A stretch of DNA of 64,000 bases from an uncultured Gemmatimonadales bacterium (GTDB lineage Bacteria; Gemmatimonadota; Gemmatimonadetes; Gemmatimonadales; GWC2-71-9), in the NCBI GenBank assembly GCA_963798915.1, contig CAWCVB010000006.1, positions 32,001 through 96,000 on the forward strand, read 5' to 3'. Under the pieces are notes generated by a model that searched no databases, had not been told where the DNA came from, and saw nothing but the letters and a program-made list of their open reading frames with translations. Below are positions 1 through 10,557 of the stretch, in pieces. Position numbers and translations under genes: made by a program. Each line of letters begins with the position of its first letter. Position 1 is the first letter of the stretch.

Positions 1-1175
1 GCGAGGCCATCATCGAGGAAGTGAAGGCGTCGGGACTGCGCGGCCGGGGCGGGGCAGGCTTTCCGACCGGGTTGAAGTGGAGCTTCATGCCCAAGGACGA
101 CGGCAAGCCGCACTTCCTGGTGTGCAATGCCGATGAGTCCGAGCCAGGCACATTCAAGGACCGCGAGATTCTGCGGTGGACGCCGCACGCGCTCATTGAG
201 GGCTGCGCCATCGGGGCCTACGCCATTGCCGCCGAGCGGTGCTACATCTATATCCGCGGCGAGTTCACCGAGCCCTGGGCCGTCATGGCTGCTGCGGTGG
301 CCGAGGCCTACGCCAACGGCATCCTCGGCGAGAATGCGTGCGGAAGCGGGACACGAATCGATGTCACGCTGCATCGGGGCGCCGGCGCCTACATCTGCGG
401 CGAAGAAACCGCGATGCTCAATTCGCTGGAAGGACGCCGTGGCAACCCCCGCATCAAGCCGCCCTTTCCCGCCCAGGCCGGCGCCTTCGGTCTGCCGACC
501 ACAGTCAACAATGTCGAGACGCTGGCTGCCGTGCCGCACATTCTCACTCGGGGAGCCGCGTGGTACAAGGGCCTGTCGCTAGGCAATCCCAAGAGCACTG
601 GGACCAAGCTGATGTCGGTCTGCGGCCACGTGAAGCGGCCCGGCAATTATGAGATCACCATGGGCACCCCCATGAAGGATCTCATCTACGACATGTGCGG
701 CGGCATGCCCGAAGGGCGGAAGCTCAAGGCCGTCATTCCCGGGGGGTCGTCGGTTCCCATCCTGACCGCTGAGGAGGCGGAGCGCTGCGTCACCGACTAC
801 GAAGGGGTGGTTGAGGCGGGTTCAATGCTGGGCTCGGGCGGCATGATCGTGATGGACGACAGCACCGACATGGTCTACCAGATCTGGCGGCTGGCGAAGT
901 TCTACGCCCACGAGAGCTGCGCCCAGTGCACCCAGTGCCGTGAGGGCACCGGCTGGACCACGCGGATCCTCGCCCGCATCCTCGCTGGGGAGGGCAAGCC
1001 GTCCGATTACGACCTGCTGCTCGACCTGTCCCGGAACATGACCGGCACTACCATCTGCGTCCTCAGCGATTCATGCGCCGTGCCCATCGTGAGCGGCATC
1101 GAGAAATTCCGGGACGAATTCGAAGCCTATATCCGCCATGAGCGCGAGCCGGCGCTCGCGCTCGGGCCCGCGTGA
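1..1175 (+). CDS. nuoF: NADH-quinone oxidoreductase subunit F (5' end outside window)
   Basis: [23 protein letters not shown] and [19 protein letters not shown] motifs; [10 protein letters not shown]...C N3 cluster ligands; frame is open to the window edge. Confidence 0.97.
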   Translation, partial: EAIIEEVKASGLRGRGGAGFPTGLKWSFMPKDDGKPHFLVCNADESEPGTFKDREILRWTPHALIEGCAIGAYAIAAERCYIYIRGEFTEPWAVMAAAVAEAYANGILGENACGSGTRIDVTLHRGAGAYICGEETAMLNSLEGRRGNPRIKPPFPAQAGAFGLPTTVNNVETLAAVPHILTRGAAWYKGLSLGNPKSTGTKLMSVCGHVKRPGNYEITMGTPMKDLIYDMCGGMPEGRKLKAVIPGGSSVPILTAEEAERCVTDYEGVVEAGSMLGSGGMIVMDDSTDMVYQIWRLAKFYAHESCAQCTQCREGTGWTTRILARILAGEGKPSDYDLLLDLSRNMTGTTICVLSDSCAVPIVSGIEKFRDEFEAYIRHEREPALALGPA

Positions 1176-1181
1176 GGTGAG

Positions 1182-2762
1182 ATGAGCCAGGACATGGTGA
1201 CCGTCACGATCGACGGCATCGCTGTCTCCGTGCCCAAGGGGACGACCATCATCGAGGCCGCCAAGCAGGCCGGCATCCTCGTACCGCATTACTGCTACCA
1301 CCCGTCGTTGCCCGCGCCGGCGGTCTGCCGCATGTGCCTGGTCGAGGTGGAAAAGGCGCCCAAGCTCATGCCGGCGTGCGTTACCACCGTGGCGGACGGC
1401 CAGGTGGTCCATGTCCAGAGCGAACGCGCACTGGAGCAGCGCAAGGGCGTGCTCGAGTTCCTGCTCATCAATCATCCGCTGGACTGTCCCATCTGCGACC
1501 AGTCCGGGGAATGCGAGCTGCAGGACTACACCTTTCAGGAGGGCCGGGCGGCGACGCGCTACACCGATTTCGCCAAGCGCTACAACCCGGTCGAAGATTT
1601 CGGGCCGGACATTGTCTACGTGCCCAACCGCTGCATTCTCTGCACCCGCTGCGTCCGGTTCATGGGCGACGTGGCCCAGCAGGCGACGCTCAACGTGAGC
1701 GAGCGGGGGGATCGCGCCTTTATCGGGATCGCCGAGCAGGAGCGCCTGGACCATCCGTGGAGCGGGAACGTGGTGGATCTCTGCCCGGTCGGCTCGCTGC
1801 TCTCCAAGGACTTCCTGCACAAGGCACGCGCGTGGGACCTCGACAAGACAGGCAGCGTCTGCCCCGGCTGCAGCCAGGGATGCAATATCACCATCGAGAT
1901 GCGCGACGATGCCGTGGTGCGCCTCAAGCCCCGGCCCAACATGGACGTGAACCGTCACTTCATGTGCGACCACGGCCGGCTCGACTATCGCTGGATGAAT
2001 CGCGGTGACCGGGTCGAGGCACCACTCATCCGTGCCGGCGCTGGTGCCACCGCGGCGGCCGACTGGGATCGGGCACTCGACGCCGCCGGCGATCTGATCC
2101 GGGTGGCGCACGGCCAGGCGGTGATCCTCGCCTCGGGCCGCGCCTCACTGGAGTCGCTCGGGATGGTTCGAAAGCTGGTGGAGCGGCTGGAGGTCACCGC
2201 AGCGGTCAAGGTGCCGCAGGGAGACGAAGCGCCCCTCGCTGGAATTCCGGGGCTCGCCCTGCGCCGGGAACGGGTACCCAACCTCGATGGCGCCCGGATG
2301 CTCGGCTTCACCGCGGCGTGGGATTCCGCCGTGGAAGCCGCGCGCACGGCATCGCTGGTCCTGGTGCTCGACGCCGAGCTGAGCGAGGCAGAAGCATCGG
2401 CCCTGGCCAGCGCGAGCGGGACCGTGATCGCTCTCTCGTGTGTGGTGGCAGACTGGCAGGGCGCGGCGGCGGTGGTGCTGCCGGTCACCACGATGGTCGA
2501 GGAGAGCGGCGTTTACGTGAACCGGGACCGCCGGGCGCAGCGCTTCCAGCAGGCCAAGGCCGCGCCGGCCATGGCCCGACCGGCCTGGTGGGCCGCGGGC
2601 GAGATCCTGGCCGGTCAGGGCCCCGACATCGACTCGCCGTCGTCGCCGGCCGAGGCGTTCGAGATCGTGGTGCATGGCCATCCGGAGCTGGATGGGCTCA
2701 CGCACGACGCGCTGGGGTGGGGCGGGCTGGTGGTGGGGCAGGGCGCGGAGGTGAGTGCGTGA
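1182..2762 (+). CDS. nuoG: NADH-quinone oxidoreductase subunit G (short form, 526 aa)
   Basis: CYHP...CRMC (N1b), HPLDCPICDQSGEC (N5), CILCTRC...CP (N4), CPGCSQGC...C (N7); GAGGTG RBS upstream. Confidence 0.95.
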   Translation: MSQDMVTVTIDGIAVSVPKGTTIIEAAKQAGILVPHYCYHPSLPAPAVCRMCLVEVEKAPKLMPACVTTVADGQVVHVQSERALEQRKGVLEFLLINHPLDCPICDQSGECELQDYTFQEGRAATRYTDFAKRYNPVEDFGPDIVYVPNRCILCTRCVRFMGDVAQQATLNVSERGDRAFIGIAEQERLDHPWSGNVVDLCPVGSLLSKDFLHKARAWDLDKTGSVCPGCSQGCNITIEMRDDAVVRLKPRPNMDVNRHFMCDHGRLDYRWMNRGDRVEAPLIRAGAGATAAADWDRALDAAGDLIRVAHGQAVILASGRASLESLGMVRKLVERLEVTAAVKVPQGDEAPLAGIPGLALRRERVPNLDGARMLGFTAAWDSAVEAARTASLVLVLDAELSEAEASALASASGTVIALSCVVADWQGAAAVVLPVTTMVEESGVYVNRDRRAQRFQQAKAAPAMARPAWWAAGEILAGQGPDIDSPSSPAEAFEIVVHGHPELDGLTHDALGWGGLVVGQGAEVSA

Positions 2763-4087
2763 GCCCGGAAATGAAGGGTTTTCTGCTGTTCTCCGTGATC
2801 AAGCTGCTGGTGGTATTTACGGTCGTCCTGGTCGGCGTGGCGATGCTCACGCTGATGGAGCGCAAGGTCTCGGCCTGGATGCAGAACCGCCGCGGACCCA
2901 ACCGGGTCGGCTGGGCGGGGCTGCTGCAGCCGGCCGCCGACGGGCTGAAGAACATCCTCAAGGAAGAGACGCTGCCGGCGCGCTCGACCCGTGGCCTCTT
3001 CGTGCTGGCACCGGCGCTGTCGTTCATTCCCGCACTCATGCTCAGTGCCGTCATTCCCTTTGCGGCGCCACTCAGGCTCAATTTTGATGATCTGGGCGCC
3101 GCGCTGGCGGCGCACCTGCCGGTGATCGGCGGGCTGCTTGGTGCCATCGTGCACGGCCTGTTCGGTACCGTCGCCTATCATGGCGCGCTCCCGATGGTGG
3201 TGGCCGACGTGCCGGTGGGCTTCCTCTTTGTCATCTCGGTCAGCTCGATGGGCGTCTATGGGATTGCGCTGGCCGGCTGGGCATCCAACAGCAAGTACAG
3301 TCTCCTGGGCGGGCTGCGCGCCAGCGCACAGATGATCAGCTACGAAGTCGCCATGGGGATGAGTCTGATTCCCATCCTGCTCCTGAGCGGCAACGTCTCG
3401 TTCTCGGCAATCATTGCGGCGCAGCACACGCTCTGGTACATCCTCCCGCTGTTCTTCTCCTTTTTCCTGTTCCTGGTGTCCGGCTTTGCCGAGACCAACC
3501 GGTTGCCGTTCGACCTGCCCGAGGCGGAGTCGGAGCTCATCGCGGGATACCACACCGAATACAGCGCGATGAAATTCTCCATGTTCTTCATCGCCGAGTA
3601 TGCCAACGTCGTGACCATCAGCGCCATGGTGGCGACCCTGTTCTTCGGCGGCTGGGACGTGCCGTTCACGCACTGGGATGAATCGGGCACCGTGCTGGCC
3701 GTGCTGGCCAGCGGCGCCTGCTTCTTCCTCAAGACGTTCTTCTGGATCTTCTTCGTGATGTGGATCCGATGGACACTCCCGCGCTTCCGCTACGATCAGC
3801 TCATGGCCCTCGGCTGGAAGGTGATGCTGCCGCTGGCACTGGGCTACATCATGGTCACGGCCACCACCGTCTGGTTGCTGGAGTCGGTGCTTGGCCTCTC
3901 GAGCGAGCTGCTGCGCATGGGGCTCCTCACCGCCCTCAACCTGGTGATTGCCGTCTGGGTATTCCGGCTGCTGGATCGCGGGGCGATCATCTCGGGTTCT
4001 GACCAGCGGCGCTTTCGTCTGGAAGCGGAACGTGCCGCCGCAAACGCAACCTTTGTCGGGCGCAGTGAAGCGCCGGTGGCTGGCTGA
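2759..4087 (+). CDS. nuoH: NADH-quinone oxidoreductase subunit H
   Basis: ERKVSAWMQNRRGPNRVG, GGLRASAQMISYE, NRLPFDLPEAESEL, LPRFRYDQLM; GTG start overlaps nuoG stop (alternative ATG 2771). Confidence 0.96.
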   Translation: MSPEMKGFLLFSVIKLLVVFTVVLVGVAMLTLMERKVSAWMQNRRGPNRVGWAGLLQPAADGLKNILKEETLPARSTRGLFVLAPALSFIPALMLSAVIPFAAPLRLNFDDLGAALAAHLPVIGGLLGAIVHGLFGTVAYHGALPMVVADVPVGFLFVISVSSMGVYGIALAGWASNSKYSLLGGLRASAQMISYEVAMGMSLIPILLLSGNVSFSAIIAAQHTLWYILPLFFSFFLFLVSGFAETNRLPFDLPEAESELIAGYHTEYSAMKFSMFFIAEYANVVTISAMVATLFFGGWDVPFTHWDESGTVLAVLASGACFFLKTFFWIFFVMWIRWTLPRFRYDQLMALGWKVMLPLALGYIMVTATTVWLLESVLGLSSELLRMGLLTALNLVIAVWVFRLLDRGAIISGSDQRRFRLEAERAAANATFVGRSEAPVAG

Positions 4088-4605
4088 TGGCAATAGGCGT
4101 CAAGGTCATGAAGCGGCCCGAAGCGGAGGTCAGCTACATCCGGGCCACGCTCAAGGGCCTGCGACTCACCTTCCGGCACATGTTCGAGACCAAGGTGACG
4201 ATGCAGTACCCCGAGGAGAAGGCCACCCGCGACGAGCGGGGAGCATGGGCGCTCTCGGCACGCTGGCGGGGCACCCACCGCATGCTCACCGACGAGCAGG
4301 GACGCTCAAAATGCGTGGCCTGCGGCCTCTGCCCACAGATCTGCCCGGCGAATTGCATCAAGCTGGTGCCGGGCGAGGACGAGGCGGGGAACCGCTATCC
4401 GCTGATCTACGAGATTGACGAGTTCCGGTGCGTCTTCTGCGGGTATTGCCAGGAAGTCTGCCCCGAGGAGGCAATTCACGTCGGACAGCACTACGAGAAC
4501 TCGGAATACAGCAGAGGCCGGTTTGTGTACGACCTCGAGCGGCTGCACGCCCAGACCCACGCGGTCTCGACGCTCTGGGACCCGTCCGATCCGGCGGGGG
4601 AATAG
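4087..4605 (+). CDS. nuoI: NADH-quinone oxidoreductase subunit I
   Basis: two CxxCxxCxxxCP ferredoxin motifs, TMQYPEE. Confidence 0.96.
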   Translation: MAIGVKVMKRPEAEVSYIRATLKGLRLTFRHMFETKVTMQYPEEKATRDERGAWALSARWRGTHRMLTDEQGRSKCVACGLCPQICPANCIKLVPGEDEAGNRYPLIYEIDEFRCVFCGYCQEVCPEEAIHVGQHYENSEYSRGRFVYDLERLHAQTHAVSTLWDPSDPAGE

Positions 4606-5156
4606 TGACGTCTTTCGTCTTCTACCTGTTCGCGATCACGGCCATCCTCGGCGCGGCGCTCTGCGTGGTCCAGCGGAGTGCTGTCGTGTCGGCCATGTGG
4701 CTCATGTCCACGATGTTCTCGCTCGCCGCACTGTTCATCCTGCTGCACGCGGAGCTGCTGGGCATCCTGCAGATCCTGGTGTACGTGGGCGCGGTGCTGG
4801 TGCTGTTCCTCTTCGTCGTCATGCTGCTCAACCTCGACCGTGAGGCCGCCGATATCCGCGGGCCCGGCGGCATCGGCGCCGCCGTCTCGATCGCCGGGCT
4901 GCTCCTGGTGGAGCTGATAGCGCTCTGGCGCTACACCCCCGCACGAGTGGCCCAGGAACTGGCCCAGTATCCGCACGCGTCTGGCGCGGTCCTGGGCGGC
5001 GCCGCAACGCTGCAGGCCGCGACGGCCGAGCACGGGGTGGTGGGCGCGATCGCGGAACCCATGTTCCGGACTTACCTCGTGCCGTTCGAGATCACTTCGC
5101 TGCTGCTGCTCGCCGCGCTGGTTGGCGCGGTAGTGCTGGCCAAGCGGAGGATCTGA
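4605..5156 (+). CDS. nuoJ: NADH-quinone oxidoreductase subunit J
   Basis: [19 protein letters not shown] and [10 protein letters not shown] motifs; GTG start overlaps nuoI TAG. Confidence 0.94.
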   Translation: MTSFVFYLFAITAILGAALCVVQRSAVVSAMWLMSTMFSLAALFILLHAELLGILQILVYVGAVLVLFLFVVMLLNLDREAADIRGPGGIGAAVSIAGLLLVELIALWRYTPARVAQELAQYPHASGAVLGGAATLQAATAEHGVVGAIAEPMFRTYLVPFEITSLLLLAALVGAVVLAKRRI

Positions 5157-5464
5157 TGCCACAGCCGAGCTTCCTCGGGCCGTCGCTGGCCGTCAGCGCC
5201 ATCCTGTTCAGCATCGGAGTCGCCGGCGTTCTCCTGCGACGCAATGCGATCATCGTGTTCATGTGCGTCGAAATCATGCTGAATGCCGTGAACCTGGCGT
5301 TCATCGCACTGGCGCAGCTCCATGGGGTGGGGGGGCAGATCATGGTGTTCTTCGTCATGACGGTGGCGGCCGCCGAGGCTGCCGTCGGCCTCGCGATCAT
5401 TCTCGCGATCTTCCGCCATCGGCAATCGGTGGACCTCAAGAACATCAACCTGCTCAAGGGCTGA
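5156..5464 (+). CDS. nuoK: NADH-quinone oxidoreductase subunit K
   Basis: [29 protein letters not shown]; 102 aa. Confidence 0.96.
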   Translation: MPQPSFLGPSLAVSAILFSIGVAGVLLRRNAIIVFMCVEIMLNAVNLAFIALAQLHGVGGQIMVFFVMTVAAAEAAVGLAIILAIFRHRQSVDLKNINLLKG

Positions 5465-7497
5465 TGACTCACTCCCTCGTTGTACCCGCCCGCGAAGCGG
5501 CCAGCCAGGGTGGGGCCATCGCCTGGCTCTGGCTTACGATTGCGTTGCCGCTGGCGGGCTCCTTGGTGAATGGCTGGCTCTCCGTGAGCCGCTCCCGGGC
5601 CAAGGCTGTGGTGTCGGTGGTGGGTCCTGGCGTGCTGTTCGCCGCGTTTGCCGTGGCGCTGGCGGCATTTCTCCAGCTGCGGGGTCTTGAGGCCGAGCAC
5701 CCGATCGTCCAGACGTTCTGGAGCTGGCTCCCGGTGGGCAATCTCCATATCAATTTTGCCATCCAGTATGATCAGCTCTCGGCGGTCATGCTGCTGGTCG
5801 TCACCGGCGTCGGCAGCCTGATTCATCTGTTCAGCGTTGGCTACATGCGGAGCGATGCCGGTTACGCTCGGTACTTTGCGTACCTGAACCTGTTCATCGT
5901 CTTCATGCTGGTGCTGGTCCTCGGGGCAAATTATCCGGTGCTCTTCATTGGCTGGGAAGGCGTGGGCCTCGCCTCCTACCTGCTGATCGGTTTCTGGTTC
6001 AGCGACAAGGCCAACGCCGATGCGGGGAAGAAGGCCTTCCTGGTCAACCGGATCGGCGATTTCGGCTTCCTCGTGGCCATGTTCATGCTCTGGCAGGCCG
6101 CCGGCACCCTGGACTTCACCGGCGTCACCGCCTGGGCGGCCGCCCGTCCGGACCTGGTGGGCTCGGGGCTCGTCACTGCCATCGCCCTCTTCATGTTCCT
6201 GGGCTGCGCCGGCAAGTCAGCCCAGATCCCGCTCTATACCTGGTTGCCCGACGCGATGGCGGGCCCGACACCGGTTTCAGCGCTGATCCATGCCGCGACC
6301 ATGGTCACCGCCGGCGTCTATCTGGTGGTGCGAAGCAACGCGATCTTTGCGATGAGTCCCGTCGCCAGCACGGTGGTGGCGGGCGTGGGCGCCCTCACCG
6401 CACTCTTTGCGGCCACCATTGGCCTGCGCCAGTACGACATCAAGAAAGTGCTGGCCTATTCCACCGTCTCGCAGCTTGGCTACATGTTTGTGGGCGTCGG
6501 GACTGGCGCATATGTGGCCGGCATCTTTCACCTCGTCACGCACGCCTTCTTCAAGGCACTGCTCTTTCTCGGGGCCGGCGCCGTGATCCATGCGATGCAC
6601 GAGGCCTACCATGCGACCCATTCCGGCGCCGATGCGCAGGACATGCGAAACATGGGCGGGCTGAGACGCTACATGCCCGTCACCTGGTGGGTGATGCTCC
6701 TGGCGACGCTCGCCATCGCCGGCATTCCGCCGTTCTCGGGCTTCTTCTCGAAGGATGAGATCCTGTCGCTGGCCTTTGCGCGAGGGGCCGAGCAGCCGCT
6801 GTTCTATGTGTTCTATGGCTTCGGATTGCTGGCGGCACTGCTCACGGCCATCTACATGGCCCGACTGATGGCGATGACCTTCCTCGGAGCCAACCGCACC
6901 GGTGCCGAGGAGGCCACGCACTTGCACGACGCGCCGCGCACCATGACCTGGCCGCTGGTCGTTTTGGCGCTGCTGTCAGTCGTGGGCGGACTTGTCAACC
7001 TGCCGCACCTGGTCGGCGGGCAGCAGTGGCTGGATCGTTGGCTCGAGCCGGTGCTGGCTCCCGCTGCCGCGACGCCGTTCGGAAGCGCGCTGCGCCTGCC
7101 GGAGGGTTCCACCGAGCTGGTGCTGGTGGGCATCGCCGTACTGGTGGGGGTCGTGGGCCTCGTCATCGGGTTCCGCGGCAACCTGGCGCGCCCCGTGGTC
7201 ACGCCGGACGCCGCCCCGGCGGAACGCGGCCTGAACCGGGTGCTGTTCCACAAGTACTGGATCGATGAACTGTATGACCGCGTCATTGTGCGGCCCCTGG
7301 TGTGGCTCTCCCGTGCTGTGCTGTGGAAGACGACGGACAAGGGTCTGATCGATGGCGCATTCGTCAACGGATCGGCCTGGTTTGCTCGCAGTGTCCTGGG
7401 CAAGGCCGGAAGCCTGTTGCAGAACGGGCAGGTCGGCCTCTACGTGATCGCCTTCCTCGTCGGCGCGCTCTGGATCCTGCGCGTCATGGTGGGGTGA
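5464..7497 (+). CDS. nuoL: NADH-quinone oxidoreductase subunit L
   Basis: GWEGVGLASYLLIGF, GKSAQIPLYTWLPDAMAGPTPVSALIHAATM, THAFFKALLFL; ATG overlaps nuoK TGA. Confidence 0.96.
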   Translation: MTHSLVVPAREAASQGGAIAWLWLTIALPLAGSLVNGWLSVSRSRAKAVVSVVGPGVLFAAFAVALAAFLQLRGLEAEHPIVQTFWSWLPVGNLHINFAIQYDQLSAVMLLVVTGVGSLIHLFSVGYMRSDAGYARYFAYLNLFIVFMLVLVLGANYPVLFIGWEGVGLASYLLIGFWFSDKANADAGKKAFLVNRIGDFGFLVAMFMLWQAAGTLDFTGVTAWAAARPDLVGSGLVTAIALFMFLGCAGKSAQIPLYTWLPDAMAGPTPVSALIHAATMVTAGVYLVVRSNAIFAMSPVASTVVAGVGALTALFAATIGLRQYDIKKVLAYSTVSQLGYMFVGVGTGAYVAGIFHLVTHAFFKALLFLGAGAVIHAMHEAYHATHSGADAQDMRNMGGLRRYMPVTWWVMLLATLAIAGIPPFSGFFSKDEILSLAFARGAEQPLFYVFYGFGLLAALLTAIYMARLMAMTFLGANRTGAEEATHLHDAPRTMTWPLVVLALLSVVGGLVNLPHLVGGQQWLDRWLEPVLAPAAATPFGSALRLPEGSTELVLVGIAVLVGVVGLVIGFRGNLARPVVTPDAAPAERGLNRVLFHKYWIDELYDRVIVRPLVWLSRAVLWKTTDKGLIDGAFVNGSAWFARSVLGKAGSLLQNGQVGLYVIAFLVGALWILRVMVG

Positions 7498-7504
7498 CAA
7501 TACC

Positions 7505-9055
7505 ATGACCGCATTCCTCGACTCCATCGGCTATGGCAGCTGGGTGCTTCACGTCCTGGTGCTGCTGCCGCTCGTGGGCGTTCCCCTGGTGCTGCTGGCG
7601 CCCGTCCGGGCGGCCAAGCATGTCGCGCTGGGCGTGGCACTGGCGGAGTTCATCGTGTCGGCCGGCCTCTGGTGGCATTTCGATCCGGCCGCCGGCATGC
7701 AGTACCAGTCGACGCTCGCCTGGATGCCGCTCTGGGGCATCAGCTACACCGTGGGGCTGGACGGCACCAGTCTGGTCATGGTGCTGCTGACCACCCTGCT
7801 GGGGCCCATTTCCGTCCTGGGCAGCTATCGCTACATCACCCAGCGCGAGCGCGCGTTCTATGCCTTGCTGCTGGCCATGGTCACCGCGATGGTCGGCTGC
7901 TTCATCGCGCTCGACCTGTTTGTCTTCTACGTCTTCTTCGAGCTGATGCTGATTCCGATGTACTTCCTGATCGGGATCTGGGGTGGCTCCCGCCGGATGT
8001 ATGCGGCCATCAAGTTCTTCGTGTACACGTTCCTGGGCTCGCTGCTCATGCTGGTGGCCATCGTGGTGCTGGTCTGGAAGGTCGCGGCGGCCACGGGGAC
8101 GCTCTCATTCGCGTACGACCAGGTGCTGCGGCATGCCGGCGCGGCAGGAACGGCGGCACCGTGGTTGTTTGGCGCCTTTGCGCTCGCCTTTGCCATCAAG
8201 GTGCCCATCTTTCCCCTGCACACCTGGCTGCCGGATGCGCACACCGAGGCGCCCACCGCGGGCAGCGTGATGCTGGCCAGCGTCATGCTGAAAATCGGGA
8301 CCTACGGCTTCATCCGCTTCGCGGTGCCCTTTTTCCCCTCGGTAGCGCTGAGTCCGAAGGTCACGGCGCTGATCGTAGTACTGGCCGTGATCGGGATCGT
8401 GTATGGTGCGCTGGTCGCCATGGTGCAGCCAGACTTCAAGCGGCTGGTGGCGTACAGCTCGGTCAGCCACCTGGGCTTCGTGATGCTGGGGATCTGGGGC
8501 CTCACGCTCCAGAGCGTGCAGGGCGCCCTCATGGTCATGATTGCGCACGGGCTTTCCACCGGCGCGCTGTTCCTCATGATCGGCATGCTCTACGAGCGCC
8601 GCCACAGCCGTGACATCGCCGCCTTCGGCGGCATTGCCCGGAGCGTGCCCATCCTGAGCCTGATCCTCACCCTGGTGGCGTTCTCGTCGATCGGGTTGCC
8701 CGGTCTGAATGGTTTCGTGGGTGAGTTTCTCGTGCTGCTGGGCAGCTTTGGCCGATTCCCCTGGGCCACGGGCATCGCCACGACGGTGGTGATCCTGGCC
8801 GCCGCGTACCTGCTCTGGGCACTCCAGCGCATCATCTTCAACCCGATCGACAAGCCCGAGAACGAGTCCATGACCGACCTTTCCGTGCGCGAGCTGGTGG
8901 TGCTGGCGCCGCTCGTGCTCGGCATTCTCTGGATGGGACTCTATCCCGCGCCATTGCTGCGCCGGACCGAGACGGCGGCCCGCCAGTTCATCGAGTATGC
9001 ACGGCCACCGGCTGCCCGGGCGCTGGACACTGTGCGTCCGGAGGTCGTGCCGTGA
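7505..9055 (+). CDS. nuoM: NADH-quinone oxidoreductase subunit M
   Basis: FFELMLIPMY, KVPIFPLHTWLPDAHTEAP, AYSSVSHLG. Confidence 0.96.
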   Translation: MTAFLDSIGYGSWVLHVLVLLPLVGVPLVLLAPVRAAKHVALGVALAEFIVSAGLWWHFDPAAGMQYQSTLAWMPLWGISYTVGLDGTSLVMVLLTTLLGPISVLGSYRYITQRERAFYALLLAMVTAMVGCFIALDLFVFYVFFELMLIPMYFLIGIWGGSRRMYAAIKFFVYTFLGSLLMLVAIVVLVWKVAAATGTLSFAYDQVLRHAGAAGTAAPWLFGAFALAFAIKVPIFPLHTWLPDAHTEAPTAGSVMLASVMLKIGTYGFIRFAVPFFPSVALSPKVTALIVVLAVIGIVYGALVAMVQPDFKRLVAYSSVSHLGFVMLGIWGLTLQSVQGALMVMIAHGLSTGALFLMIGMLYERRHSRDIAAFGGIARSVPILSLILTLVAFSSIGLPGLNGFVGEFLVLLGSFGRFPWATGIATTVVILAAAYLLWALQRIIFNPIDKPENESMTDLSVRELVVLAPLVLGILWMGLYPAPLLRRTETAARQFIEYARPPAARALDTVRPEVVP

Positions 9056-10554
9056 ACGCCATCGACCTCTCCTCGCCGCAGGGCATGACCCAGGCGCTGT
9101 TACCCGAGCTGCTGCTCGTCGGGGCAACCCTGGTCGTGCTGCTGGTGGTGGCCTGGCGGCACCGGACGGCTGCCGACAGCCGCCTGGCCGGATGGATCAG
9201 CGCGGCAGGACTCGTGGTCTCCGGCGGCGGACTCGCCTGGCTCTGGCTTCACCATGCCCGTGCAGCCGGCCTTGCGCAGATGATCGCGCTCGACGGGTAC
9301 CGCTATGCGGCTGACGGGCTGATCCTGCTTGCGGCACTGGGAACGGTGCTGGCGTCCCTCGGCTACCTCGAACGGGAAGGGATGCTGGCGCCCGAGTACT
9401 ACCCGCTCATCCTGATGGGAACCGCGGGCATGCTGTTCCTCGCGGGGGCGGAAGATCTCATCGTGCTCTTTCTCGGGCTCGAGGTCATGTCCGTCGCGGT
9501 CTATGTGCTGGCCGGGTTTGACCGCCGGGATGTCTTCTCGGCCGAAGCGGCGCTCAAGTACTTCCTCATTGGCGCCTTTGCGTCGGGCTTCCTGCTCTAC
9601 GGCATCGCCCTGACGTACGGGGCCACCGGCCAGACCAGCATGCAGCTGATCGGGGCCGCGCTCGCCACTGGCGCACCCTCGTTGCTGGCCCGGCTTGGCC
9701 TGGGCCTGCTGCTGATCGGCCTCGGCTTCAAGGTGGCGGCGGTGCCCTTCCATATGTGGGCTCCGGACGTGTACGACGGCTCGCCCACTCCGGTCACCGG
9801 CTACATGGCCACCGGCGTGAAGGTGGCGGCGTTCATCGCACTGTCCCGGCTGCTGGTCGAGTCGTTCCCGGCGCTCGACCAGTTCTGGCAGCCGGTGGTC
9901 GGCGTCCTCGCGGTCGTCACCATGGTGGCCGGAAACCTGATTGCGCTGGCGCAGAAAACCGTCAAGCGCATGTTGGCGTACAGCTCGATCGCCCACGCCG
10001 GCTATCTCCTGGTGGCGCTCTGGCCCGGCACCCATCTCGGCACCAGTTCCGTGATGCTGTATCTGGCCGCCTACACGCTCACCACGCTCGCGGCCTTCGT
10101 CCTGCTCGCCTCCCTCGGCCGCGATGGCGAGCGCTCGGTACGCTTTGACGATCTTGCCGGGCTGGCCCGCCAGCGGCCCTGGACGGCGCTCGCCCTGACG
10201 ATCTGCATGCTCAGCCTGCTCGGGTTTCCGGGCACCTTCGGGTTCATCGGCAAGTGGTACATCCTGCAGGCGGTGCTTGCCACCAGGCAGTACATTCTGC
10301 CGGTCGTGCTGGTGCTGACAAGCGTGGTCTCCGCCGGATATTACCTGCCCGTGATCATGGCCATGTACATGCGCGAGCCGGGCGAAGGTGCGGCCTGGCA
10401 GGGACTTCGCCTGGCCCGGCCGGCGGCGTGGGTGGCGGGGCTTTCGGTGGTGGCGGTCATTCTGGTTGGTGTGCTGCCCAACGGCGCCATCGGCATCGCC
10501 ATCAACAGCGTCCGCTCGCTGGTCATGACCCAGCTGCCAATGGCGGGACACTGA
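9052..10554 (+). CDS. nuoN: NADH-quinone oxidoreductase subunit N
   Basis: EAALKYFLIG, FKVAAVPFHMWAPDVYDGSP, KRMLAYSSIAHAG. Confidence 0.96.
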   Translation: MNAIDLSSPQGMTQALLPELLLVGATLVVLLVVAWRHRTAADSRLAGWISAAGLVVSGGGLAWLWLHHARAAGLAQMIALDGYRYAADGLILLAALGTVLASLGYLEREGMLAPEYYPLILMGTAGMLFLAGAEDLIVLFLGLEVMSVAVYVLAGFDRRDVFSAEAALKYFLIGAFASGFLLYGIALTYGATGQTSMQLIGAALATGAPSLLARLGLGLLLIGLGFKVAAVPFHMWAPDVYDGSPTPVTGYMATGVKVAAFIALSRLLVESFPALDQFWQPVVGVLAVVTMVAGNLIALAQKTVKRMLAYSSIAHAGYLLVALWPGTHLGTSSVMLYLAAYTLTTLAAFVLLASLGRDGERSVRFDDLAGLARQRPWTALALTICMLSLLGFPGTFGFIGKWYILQAVLATRQYILPVVLVLTSVVSAGYYLPVIMAMYMREPGEGAAWQGLRLARPAAWVAGLSVVAVILVGVLPNGAIGIAINSVRSLVMTQLPMAGH

Positions 10555-10557
10555 GCG

